64,000 bases of DNA, from NCBI GenBank assembly GCA_004431415.1, contig QPMI01000370.1, positions 1 to 64,000 on the forward strand, written 5' to 3'. The first letter of the stretch is position 1. The number at the start of each line of letters is the position of its first letter. Shown here piece by piece: positions 34,343 to 45,182 of the stretch. This DNA comes from Cyanophora paradoxa CCMP329. Taxonomy: Eukaryota; Plantae; Glaucophyta. A program made the position numbers and the translations under genes. A model generated the notes under the pieces. It ran no database searches and was not told the DNA's origin. It was given only the letters and a program-made list of their open reading frames with translations.

Positions 34343-35434
34343 GTTATCTCCCCTGTTCGGAGCTGAGCAAGTCGCCGATGTCGTTGACTGCTGCTGTGAG
34401 CGTACGCGCGGCGAGCTGAAGGTCTGCCCGCCAATTGCAATTGTCTTGGAAAGCTAAGCTCATAATTAAGCTGCGCATGCACGCGCAGCTGCGCATGCCA
34501 TGCTCGCGCTCGTTGCGCGCCGGGCGCCGCGGCCGCGTTGAGCTCGGACGTGTGCGCACACGGCCGCTGCTCCAGAGAGTCCGAAGATCAGCTCACGAGT
34601 TCGTACGAGCGCTGCGCATGCGCATGCATATGCATTCGCGCTAGCGCGCTGAGCTAGCCGCGCTTGTGGTATAGCAGTGCAGTCACTGCACTATAGCTAG
34701 CCTAGTGCCAGAATACTAGCTATAGTAGCAGCTGCAGCTGATTTCGCCGAGTCGGGTCGCCAGCTACGCAGTGAACATTGGCTGGGTGAAAAACCTGCGA
34801 CGGTCAGAGTATGGTGTTCCGTGTGGGTGGCGCTGGGTTCCGCTCACTCCGCGATAGCGGAGAGGCACTTGGGCGGAAAATCCGCGTATACGTACCCGCT
34901 TACTGACAGTCGTACCCTAGCTTGACAGTCGCCGGTATGGCGCGGCCGTACGCGTGGCCCAGTGGGAGCTGCTGGTGCGGTTTCGATATCGGGACCGGTG
35001 TACGTATCGAAATCGATATCGGGGACCCGCGGCCGATCGATATCATGATCATGCATATCGATATCACGTGCACGGCGTCCCGCGCCGGCCCCGGCGTATC
35101 ATGATCACGGCGTCGACGTCCCGGCCCGGCGCCGGCGCGGCCCTAGGCCTCATGGCCATGGAATTCCGAAGCTAAGTTCGCAGCGACGTGCATGCTGGAT
35201 CACCCGGCCCCGTCGACGTCGCCGAGTCGGGGCCTTCGTCGCCGTCTTCTGCCTCGCCGGCGCCTCCGAGGCTCTGCCCCGCGGCCGCCGCCGCGGCCCC
35301 CACCCCTTCCGGGGGATCCCCCTGGCCGGATCATCGGATCGGAGCAGCGCGGGCCTCGGAGCTTCTGGGTCGGGAGTACTAGTATGGTACAGGGGGAGGA
35401 GACAGCGGGAAGCACGCGGTCCCGGGCCGCGCCC

Positions 35435-36888
35435 TCACTTCTTGCGGTGCTCGCAGCCGAAGCCGGCGAGGACGAGGGCCGTCGGGCGCTCCCCCTCCCC
35501 CGGGTTGCTGAAGTTCAGGATCTTGCGCAGCTGCCCGCACGCGGTCAGCCGCGCGGCCCGCTGCGGGCGCCGGCGCCGGCGCCGGCGCCGCGCCCCGGCC
35601 CCGGGCGCGCGCACCCGGAGGTCGTCGCGGACCAGGATGATGCTGTCCACGCTCGTGATCTGAGGGGGCGCCCGGACCGTCGCGCCCGGCGCCCGGCCGC
35701 GGCGGGCGCGGCGGGAGGCGCGGGCGCACCCTGGAGTACCGCGTCTTCATGAGAAGCTGCGCGGGGCCGGCGGTCAGCGGGCTGCGAGGGGCGGGGCGGG
35801 GTAGGGCGGGGGCAGGCCTCGGTGCGGGCGCAGTCGAAGGTGAAGGAGCCGACGAAGGGCTTCGCCTCCTCGTACGCGATGTCCCCTGCCGCCGCCCTCG
35901 CCGCCGCGCGCGGGGCGGGCCGGGGCGGGCGGGGCTGGCGGGGCGGGGCGGGGCGCACGGAAGTACTTGCCGGAGATGACGTCCCCGTCGTACTCGACCG
36001 GCACGAAGAGCACGTTCGTCGAGTTCGTCACCCGGCCCCGCTTCTCCATCACCTGCCCGCACCGGGCCCTCGGCGCGAGGCCGGCGGCGGGGCGGGGCGC
36101 GGGCGGGGCGGACCGTGTCGAAGAAGACCTTGTAGCCGGCGGCGGCCTCGACGCCCTCCTCCGTCACCTCCTCGTTGCACACCTGCCACCGCGCCCGCGT
36201 CACCAGCGGCCGGGCCCCGGCGGAGGCACAGGAGCGCCGGCGGAGGCGGAGGCGGCCCGGCGGGCCCTCGCAGCGGCGCCGGCGGGAGTGCGCGCGCAGG
36301 AAGGGCGCAGCGGGCACCGCACCTCGAGCACGCGGCGCTTGACGTACTCGTCGAGCTCGTCCACCGTGAAGTCCGTCTGCGCCGCCCCGGCTCGCGTCAG
36401 CGCACTCCGAGCGTCAGCGGCCGCCTTGGAGCGCGCGCCTGCGACCGTTCGATCTCGCCCGTCTGCGGCAGCTCTGGCGAGAAGTAGTGGTAGGTCCGCT
36501 CGCTGCCGGCGGGCTGTCTCGGACGAGTGCCGAAACGCGTGAAGCAGGGGCATGCACCTGAACCACCTGCCCGGCTGAGCGTCGAAGAACTTCCAGAATG
36601 CCTTGTTCATGGACTCCTTGTCGTGGGATGCGCTGGCACTGAGGCCGACATCAGAGGCTGCAGCGGGAGAGCGACGCCCAGGGACCCGGCACGCGGCCCG
36701 CACCGAACGGAGAAGACCGGGGACGCGGTCGCATCATTCCGATCGTCCGAGCGCCGCACGCTCCGGCCGGCGAAGCTGCTCCGGAGCCGGGCGGACGACG
36801 CCGCCGCGGTCGACGGGCATGACGGGGCGGATCGACCCGGTACGCGGGCATCTGCAGCGCGCGGCGCGACGATCGGTGCTGCGAACAT
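35435..36888 (-). CDS. Phycobiliprotein lyase, CpcS/U/V (CpeS-like) family, most CpcV-like, with putative plastid transit peptide
   Basis: Spliced sequence FWKFFDAQPGRWFSERTYHYF..ERSQTDFTVDEL..STNVLFVP..GKYFGDIAYEEAKPFVGSF..LLMKTRYS..SVDSIILV..LRLRKI..LAGFGCEHRKK; leader MFAAP..LRSSFAGR. The exon 1/2 junction phase could not be resolved. Confidence 0.8.
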
Positions 36889-36970
36889 GATGCTGGCTTT
36901 TGCGGTCAACAACTGCCGAGCGCGCGTACCCGGGCGAAGGCACGGTACCGTACCCGGGATCGAGAAAAAG

Positions 36971-39874
36971 ATGGCGGCCGCGCGGGTCCTGCTGCTCCCG
37001 GCGCCCTCGCTCGACCCTGAGGAGTGGGGCGCGGTCGTGTTCTGCGATGTCGCGGGCCCGGTTCCTGGTGCGCGCCCCACCCCGGCGCCAGCGCTCGCGA
37101 CCTCGAGCCGCGCCGACGCGCGTGCAGGGAACAAGGAGCCCGCCGGCCAGGCCTTCCACAACCTCGCGTATACAGTCATACACGGCCTGGAGGACGCGGA
37201 GGAGCAGGCGAAGCATGAAGCGGAGGAGGACGAGACGTTCCGGAAGAAGCACAAGTCCGACAACTGGCTGCCCATCGAGGGCGAGCACCACGATTTGAAC
37301 AACCAGGCGAGGCTTGGCGCGGCGCCGCACGCCGCCCCGCGCGCCGACCGCTCGCCGCTCAGGATCACTACGCGGTCATGGGGCTGGAGCACCTTCGGCA
37401 CGAGGCGACGGAGGATCAGATCCGCAAGACGTACCGCGAGCTGAGCCTCAAGTACCACCCGGGTTAGCGCTTTCGCGCGCGGCGGGGGCGCTGGGCGCGG
37501 CTGACGGGGGCGGGGCGGGGCAGACAAGATGCAGGGGAAGGAGGGCGTCGAGGGCTCGGACCTCATCTTCAAGGCCATCCAGAAGGCGTACGACGTGCTC
37601 GGCGACCCCGTGAAGCGCCGCTCGTACGACTCGAGCTTCGAGTTCGACGACGCTATCCCCACCGGATTCGAGAAGGCGCGCCCCGCCGGGGCGCCGCGCC
37701 CGGGGCCGGGCGCCGCCGCGCGCGCGCGGGGCGGCGAGCGGGGCGCAGGGGAGCTTCTACGAGGTCTTCGGGCGGGTCTTCAAGCGGAACGCGGTCTGGT
37801 CGGCGGTCAAGCCGGTGCCCATGCTCGGCGACGACGACACGCCCGACGCCGACGTCGACGGCGCGCCCGCCCGCCCCTGCCGCCCGCGGCCCGCCGCCGC
37901 TCACGCGCCTCGCAGCGTTCTACCACTTCTGGGACAACTTCAAGTCGTGGAGGTGGGTGCCCTGCCCCTGCCCCGCGGGGGCCGACGCGGGCCCGGGCCG
38001 GCTCGAGCGGGGCGGGGCGGGGGCGCAGAGACTTCTCGTACCTGGACGAGCACGTGCCGGAGAGCGCCGAGTGCCGGGAGGAGCGGCGCTGGATGGAGAA
38101 GGAGAACGAGCGCGAGCGCAACAAGCGCAAGAAGGCCGAGTTCGCCCGCGTCCGCAAGTGCGCGACTCGCGCCGCGCCGCCCCGCGCCGCGCGGGGCCCC
38201 GGCCGAGGCGGGTGGGCGTGGCAGGCTGGTGGACCTGGCGTACAGCAAGGACCCGCGCGTGGTGCGGCGGCGCAAGGCCGAGCTGGAGGCGAAGGAGAAG
38301 GCGAAGCAGGACAAGGCGGAGAGCCGGCGGCGGGAGCAGGAGGCGAAGGAGAAGGCGGAGGAGGAGGAGCGGCAGCGCAAGGCGCGGGAGGAGGAAGAAG
38401 AGCGGCAGCGGAAGCAGCGGGAGAAGACGGAGAAGGAGTGGCAGAAGAAGCAGCTCAAGAAGGAGCGCGCCCGCCTCCGCACCCTCCTCCAGGCCCTCCT
38501 CCCCGTGCGGCCTTCGCCCCACCCGCCGCCGGCCGCGGGCCGAGCGGGGCGCGCGGCAGGCGGCGGAGGCGCCCGGGGAGGCGGACGTCGAGACGTACGC
38601 GAACGAGGCCGGCTACGAGCGCATCAAGGCCCTCAACGACTCCATCGAGGGCACCGACGGTCCGCCCCGCCCCGCCGCCCCCGCTCCCACGCCCTTCCCG
38701 GTCCGACCACCGGCGGCGGCAGCGGCGCGGGCGCGGGCGGGCTGGGAGGCGGAGTGGGGCCCCGTGCGGGACGCGATTCGGGGGCGGGAGGAGGCGGCGG
38801 CGCGGGCGGCGGAGGAGGAGGCGGCCAAGAAGAAGGCGGCCAAGACGAAGAAGAAGGCGGGCAAGGAGGGCCCCGAGGCGGCTGCCGGGGGCGACGGCCC
38901 GAGCGGCGCGGCCGCCGAGCGCCCGTGGACCGAGCAGGAGCTCTTCGCCCTGCAGAAGGCCCTCGTCAAGTTCCCTCCGGGGGCGGCGAACCGCTGGGAG
39001 AGCGTCGCCGTCGCCATGGGCCACACGCGCGAGCCGCAGGAGATCATCGCCATGGCCAGCAAGATACGGTGCCCCCGCCCGCCCGCGGCGCGCGCCCCCG
39101 CCGGGCCGCCGGGCGCTGACGGCTGCGCTTGCGTGCGGCGCAGGACGGCGAAGATGGGGAAGCCGCCGCCGGACGTCAAGGCGCGCCGGGCCGGACGGGG
39201 GCGGGGCGGCGGGCGGTGCGGCTGACGCGCGGGGGCGCGGCGCAGGTGGAGGACGACTACAGCAAGTTCGCCCACTCCAAGGGCGTCCGCCAGGAGATCA
39301 AGTCCGCCCCACGCAGCGCTGGGAGGCGCGCCCCGGCCCCGCCCGCCCCGCCCCGCCCCCGCCCCGCCCCTCGAGCCCCGCGCCAGGTCGACGAGAAGAC
39401 GACCCCGCCGGTCGCCGTTGCCGCGGAGAGCCCTGCGCCGCCGCCGGCCGCAGCGCCGGCGCCGCCGCCGGCGGCGGCGGCCACGGCGTCGCCGCCGCCG
39501 CGGGCGGAGGCCGGGGAGGCGGACGCGGAGCGCAAGGCGAAGAAGGCGGCGGCGGTGCCGCCGGGGGCGGAGGACGGGGCGGGCCCCGCGAACAAGGACT
39601 GGACGGTCGAGCAGCAGCAGGCCCTCGAGCGCGGCCTCAAGGCGCACCCCGCGACCCTCGGCGCCGAGCGCTGGAAGCTCATCTCCAAGCTCGTCCCGGG
39701 GAAGACCCCCAAGCAGTGCATGGAGCGCTTCAAGGCACGCCCCGCCGCCCCGCCCCGCGCCCCGCCCCTTGCCCCGCCCCGCGCCGCCCCGCGGCTGACG
39801 GGGCGGCGCGCGCGCAGGAGCTGGTGGCCTTCTTCAAGACCAAGCGCGACAAGGAAGCCAAGGGCGAGGCCTGA
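36971..39874 (+). CDS. DNAJC2: DnaJ subfamily C member 2 / zuotin-related factor (J domain, zuotin domain, 2 SANT/Myb domains), 14 exons
   Basis: EPAG; QDHYAVMGL..YHPDK; KRRSYDS; FYHFWDNFKSWRDFS; RWMEKEN; DPRV; PWTEQE..RWE; WTVEQQQALE..RWKLI..VPGKT..CMERFK. One C apparently missing near 39310. Confidence 0.95.
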
Positions 39875-40198
39875 GCGCGACGCGTGCCTGCAGCATCTCC
39901 CCGCCCCGCCCCCGTGAGACGCGAGCTACATCAGAGGAAAGACAGCCCCTGTCAGCTTGGAGCTTGATGAAAGCTGTTATTACAGGCGCCATTTCATGGC
40001 ACGAGCAAGTTGGGGGGCAGGGAGGGGCGGGGCGCGTGGCGAGGTGTGGGGCCGACGACAGCGGGGGCATTCGAAAGGCGAGGACGAAGAGCGGGGCGGG
40101 AAGGGGGCGGCGCGGAGGTGGCGGTGGGGTTTGCGAGGGGGTTTCCGGGAGGGGCGCTTGAGAGGCGGGATGGGTTCGGGAGTCGGGTCGGACGCTAG

Positions 40199-40728
40199 CT
40201 AGAAAGGAGGTCGTCGGAGATGGAGCGCAGCGAGTCCTTCACGCCCGTCAGCAGCTCCTCTGCCGCCGCGCGTCAGCGCCGCGCCGCCGGGGGGGGGAAT
40301 GGGGGAGAGGCTCGCGCACCCGCGCCGCGCACGGCCTGCGTAACCTTCTTCGACACCTCCTCGTCTTCCCGCTGCAGCGCGCTCAGCGTGGCCAGCTGCG
40401 CATCCTTCCCGCTGGTCGCCGGCAGCGCGTCGATGAGGCTGTCGATGCGTTTTGAGGCGCGGACGAGATCGACAGCGAATTCCTTCGCCATCTTCTCGAC
40501 GGCCTGCTTGTCCAGGGTCGGCGGCGGCGGCGGCTGCTGCGGCGCAGGAGCTCCCTCGGGCAGGAAGGGGCACGGCTCGTTCCCGAGCGCCGCAGGCGGA
40601 GCGTCGCGCTGCAGCACTCCGATGGAGGTGAACATGATCATCGCGAACTGGTCGAGCTGGTCCTGGAGGGCCGTGAGCACGTCCACCTGTGGCGGACCTG
40701 CCGCCGCCGCAGGGTCGCCCATCCCCAC
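40199..40728 (-). CDS. MED21: Mediator subunit 21 (Srb7)
   Basis: DVLTALQDQLDQ..FTSIGVLQRDAPP..AVDLVRASKRIDSLIDALP; one GC-AG intron. Confidence 0.9.
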
Positions 40729-40994
40729 CGCGACGTCGCTACGCTTTGCGGGCTCGCTGCGACCCTATGACCCTATGGAGAGCTCCGGAGATCCCGCGCT
40801 GTATATATTCTGTTGTCAATGCGCTAAATCTAGGCCGAGTCGCGCTGGAGGGCGGCTGCCGGGTGCCGCTAGCGCTGTGCAGCCGCTGAGCAGCCGCTCG
40901 CTTGAGTCGCTTCGACTGGTACGGACGGGTACGCGATTCGCGGGTTCGATCTCCGGTCGATCTTGGGCGGATATCAGCGCTGCGACCGCAAAGC

Positions 40995-41760
40995 ATGGCC
41001 TTTCTTGCGTTGCCTCCGTGCAATGACGCTCTGTCGCGGCGGCGGTTCGCGGACGAAGATCGGCGCGTCAGCCTCCAGCCGCAGCGAGCGCCCTCCAGCC
41101 GCGGCGAGTTTCGCATATCTGCCTCCGGGAGCGATCATCAACGCGAATCAGCACCTCGATCCGGCGCTGCGCCGAACGTGCCGCCGTCGCCAGCATCTCG
41201 CGCCAACACGCACGTGGCTGCCGGGAACGAGCACGGCAGTGTAGACCCTTCCATAAGCATTGACGGCTCTCCACGATGGGTTCAGCGCATGGTGCGCCTG
41301 CGTGCCGGGAAGGGTCGCTCTGATGTCGGGGGCAAGCGCTAGCGCGTCCTCCGCGTCGTGCACGCTCTCACACACTTCGAAGGGTAATCACGCTCCATTC
41401 GTGCTCGGCGGCGCTGCATTCGGAATTTCCGGTGCGCGGCCCAGCGTGAGCGTCAATGACGCCTTCAGCGACATCATTTCGGCAAGTCGCTGTCATTCTC
41501 AGACGCATGTCTTCCCTGGCGCAGTGGTCCTAGCGGGCGTCGCGGGAATGCTCGATTGGCGAGATTACAAGAGGCGGAAAGAGGAGCGCGCGAAGCTCGA
41601 GCAGCGCCTCACCCGTCTAGCGAACATGCGCTCCGATCCGTCGCCGGAGAGCGCGCGCCTCGGTCGCAGCGCAAGCCGCGCGCTCTCCAAGCCTCGCGCC
41701 GCCACCTCGAATTCGGGGTCGAGCCACGACAACCCGTCGCCCCCAAAGCTTCCAGCATGA
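40995..41760 (+). CDS. Putative plastid-targeted single-TM protein, unknown function
   Basis: MAFLALPP leader; hydrophobic HAPFVLGGAAFGIS/VVLAGVAGML followed by a charged helix; intron-like gaps. Confidence 0.4.
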
Positions 41761-42108
41761 GCGCCGTCCGCAGCAGGCCACGCCGTGGCAGCGCGCCCCC
41801 TCTCTACTGCGTCGAAAGCGGCTTGCCATTTCATGCGCGTCGTCGGCATCAACCGCACGCGGTGGCCAACGCGCAAGCCTGGTGCTCCGCACGCAGGCCG
41901 GCCTGGCCCGCAGGCTACCGCTCACAGGACTCGATCGCGACCCGCCTACGCGACCCCTCGACATTGTCCGGCCGCATGCGCATGCAGCTCTCCCACGATT
42001 CTGTAATTTCAGAAGTGGTTCACGGCATCAATGCCAGGAAGGGAAGCACCCGCAGGGGCGGCAGGGGCAGGGAGCGAGGGGCGAGGGGCGGGGGGCGGGG
42101 GCGGGGGC

Positions 42109-44039
42109 TCAGGGGCGGGGCCCCGGGGGCGCGGAGGCGTCGTTCCAGAGGTCGGGGTTGAGGGGCCGGGCGCTGGCCCCGCGCGCCATGCAGCTGTTCT
42201 CCGACGAGGAGACCATGCCCCACGCCTGGCCCAGCGTCAGCCCCCGCGGGCGGAGCGCGGGGCGGGGCGGGGCGGGGCAGGGCGGGGCGCGGGGGCGGGC
42301 CTTGAGGGCGTCGTGCTTGCGGGGCTGGAAGCCGGGGGCCCAGGTGAGGACGGGCGCCGCGGGGTAGTGCGCCAGGAAGGCCTCTACGGCCGCCAGCAGC
42401 GCGGGGAAGAGCGCCCCGCGCTCCGGATGCACCTGCGCCCCGCCCCGCCCCGCTCGCGGCGCGCCAGGGGCGGGAGGCGAGGCTGCGGGCCGGGCCGGCG
42501 CGCCTGGAGATGGAGGACGTGCGGGCCGGCGCCGCGCATGTTGGCCGCCACCTTCGCGAAGGCCACGACCTGCGCCGCGTGAGGCCCGCACGCCCCCGCG
42601 CCCGGTGGCGGCGGTCCAGCGCGAGCAGGCGCGCCTGGCCGTCCTTCTCGAGCACGAAGCGGCGCTCGTCGACCTGCCCGAGGGCCCGCCGCAGCCACGC
42701 GGCCAGCCGCGCCAGCGCGCCCACCTGCCGCCCGCCCGCTCGCCTCGGCCCCGGAGACGGCGGGCGGGGGGGCGGGCGGGGGGCGGGCGGCGGCGGGGAC
42801 CTCGAAGTCGTCGGGGCGGAGGCCGTCGACCCAGCGGACGAACTTGGGCGTGCACGCCTCGTACAGCCCGTACACCCGCGCCGGGTCCCGCCCCGTGTCG
42901 AACCCCCGCACGCCGCCCACTGCCCCCGCCGTGGGGGGCGCCACCCGCGGCGCCGGCCCAGCGAGCTTCGGGGCAGAGGCCTGCGTGTTGCTGCCGGCGC
43001 TGGAGCGCCTAGCCTGGCGGGTCCGCTTGTAGTACGTGACGCGCGTGTACTCCCTGAAGCCCAGCGACTCGTACAGCTTGATCGCCCGCCCGTTCTGCCC
43101 GGCGCATCAGCTTCCGCCATGCGGCGCGGCGCCAGCCGGCGGCGCACGTCGGTCTCGACCTCGAGGGAGAAGCAGGTCGCTCCGCGCTGCGCCATCCGCG
43201 AAAGGAAGGTCTGCATTATGTAGCGCCCCAGGCCACGGCCCTGCGACGCGCACGTCGGCCCGCCGCCCCAGGAGATGCGGGGGCGGCGGGCGGCGGACCT
43301 GGAACTGCTCGGCGATGGCCACGAAGTCGACGTTCCAGCGGCGACAGGGCTTGTCGCGCGGCGAGTACTTGAGCAGCCCCGCGACCTGGCGCCCCGATCG
43401 GCGGGGCTCCCGCCGCAAGCGGCCGGCCTTTCACCTGCTGGTCGAACTCGAGGACGTCAACATCCAGGGCGTGCTGGTACGGGTTTGGGAAGAGGCGCAG
43501 GAAGGCGTAGAGCGGGTAGAACTTGCGCCAGCGCCGGACCATGCCCCGCAGGTTTACGCCGAGGTTGCCAAGCATCTCATTGAACGCATTGCAGAACACG
43601 TCGCCCACCGCCTTCAGGTCCTCGAACTTCAACGGCCGCACGACAGCTCCCGCCGGCACGCTGAGCGGCGATCTCAGCGGGCGTGCGGCGCGGCGGACGC
43701 TCGCGGCGCCTTGCCTCTTGCTGCTAGCAAACGCCTGCTGTGACCGAATGATTGAGCGGCCGCTGCTGCCTGCGGGCACGTTCAGACGGGAGAGGTCATA
43801 GGTGGGTCATGCGCGCCTGCGCTCATGTCGTTGGAGCAGGATCTCCGGGCCCTTAGAGAGCCCGCAGACCGCGTCGCTCCCACGAGGAACGTCGGCCGGG
43901 GCGGCAGCGTACGCGACCGGTCCGCAGGGCCGGCGGCCGGCCTGACGCGCTGGCGTTGCGCTCGCATATCGCTTACCGCCTCCATGCGCACCGGAGGCGC
44001 GACCGGAAGCACGGCGAAGAGCGGCGGCGGTGGCGCCAT
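42109..44039 (-). CDS. GNAT-family acetyltransferase, cyanobacterial-like, with putative transit peptide
   Basis: LRLFPNPYQH..YSPRDKPCRRWNVDFVAIAEQFQGRGLGR..FSLEVE..AIKLYESLGF; leader MAPPPPLFAV. Confidence 0.8.
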
Positions 44040-44230
44040 TCTTCAAAAGGAGTCGAGACTGTACCCGCCGCCGAGAAGCCGTCGTTCAAGCCGACTTCAA
44101 GCCGCGTCTTGGCCGTCGTTCAAGCCGAATCGAAAGCCACGCTAGCGCTTCCAGCGCCTGTACGTCGTGCACGAAGCAGTCGGACGCTGAAGCCGTCGCG
44201 GCTAGCGCGCGAGGGTTAAGAGCTAGGGCG

Positions 44231-44590
44231 ATGGCTTCCTCCGATGCCGCCGTCGGCGTCCTGCTCCTCGTCGTCGCGATCGTCGTGTGGGTCTATTACA
44301 CGCTCTGGTATGCTCTTTTCGCGCGCCTGGCCCGCCCCGCAACGCTGACTCAATCGCGCTGGCAGGGTGCTCGTGACCCCCTTCGTCGCCGAGAGCCACG
44401 CATACCTGCTCGACTACTTCCCTGACCGGTCCGCTGTTGGTGCGGTCGCGCCATGCGCCCTCCGCTGACCACGCCCAGGTACTACGCCGTTGCTGTCCCC
44501 GCGGCGCTCCTGGTGGTTCTGTTTACTGGCGTTGGCCTGTTCGTGAGCTTATCCATCATCAAGAGCGGCCAGAAGAAGAAGGCAGCATAG
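44231..44590 (+). CDS. DPM2: Dolichol-phosphate mannosyltransferase subunit 2, 3 exons
   Basis: DAAVG..YYTLWVLVTPFV..YFPDRYYAVAVP..GVGLF..KSGQKKKAA*. Confidence 0.93.
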
Positions 44591-44951
44591 CGCTCGGCGC
44601 GCTTGGCGTGCTCGAGCTCGCTCAAGAAGCAATGCGTCCAGCGGGCTCGCTTCACAGAGTCCGCCGGAGCCACAAGCTGTCAGCCTCTGAGACGGCATCA
44701 AGCCATGCGCTTCGTCGCATCAGCTTCCAAGACTTCCCTCGTACCGTAGCTAAGATCAATTTCACATGACATTGCAGTTGTCAGCCTCTCGACTTCACGA
44801 GTACTACTAGGCCAGTGTCTGTGTGTTTGTGTGCATGCGCAGGCGGCCGGGGCCGCCGCCGGCTTTTGGCCCCGCGCGCGCATGCACGGCTCTTGATCAT
44901 GACATGTTATAGAATTACTCTATAGCTATAATAGCTAGCTGAGCCTGGCAA

Positions 44952-44987
<36 letters not shown>

Positions 44988-45182
44988 CATACGTATGGGC
45001 GGATTGCAAGCCGAAGGCCAGCAGCGGTCCACGTTGCACGGCGCGCCACTTCGATCCATAACTCGCACAAAGCGCAAGTACGCACGCGCTTACAGCTCTG
45101 CAGAGCGTTCGGCGCGGGGGCGGGGGTAGGGGTGGGTCGGAGGAGGGGGAGGGGGAGGGGAGGAGAAGGTGGGGTGGGGGGC

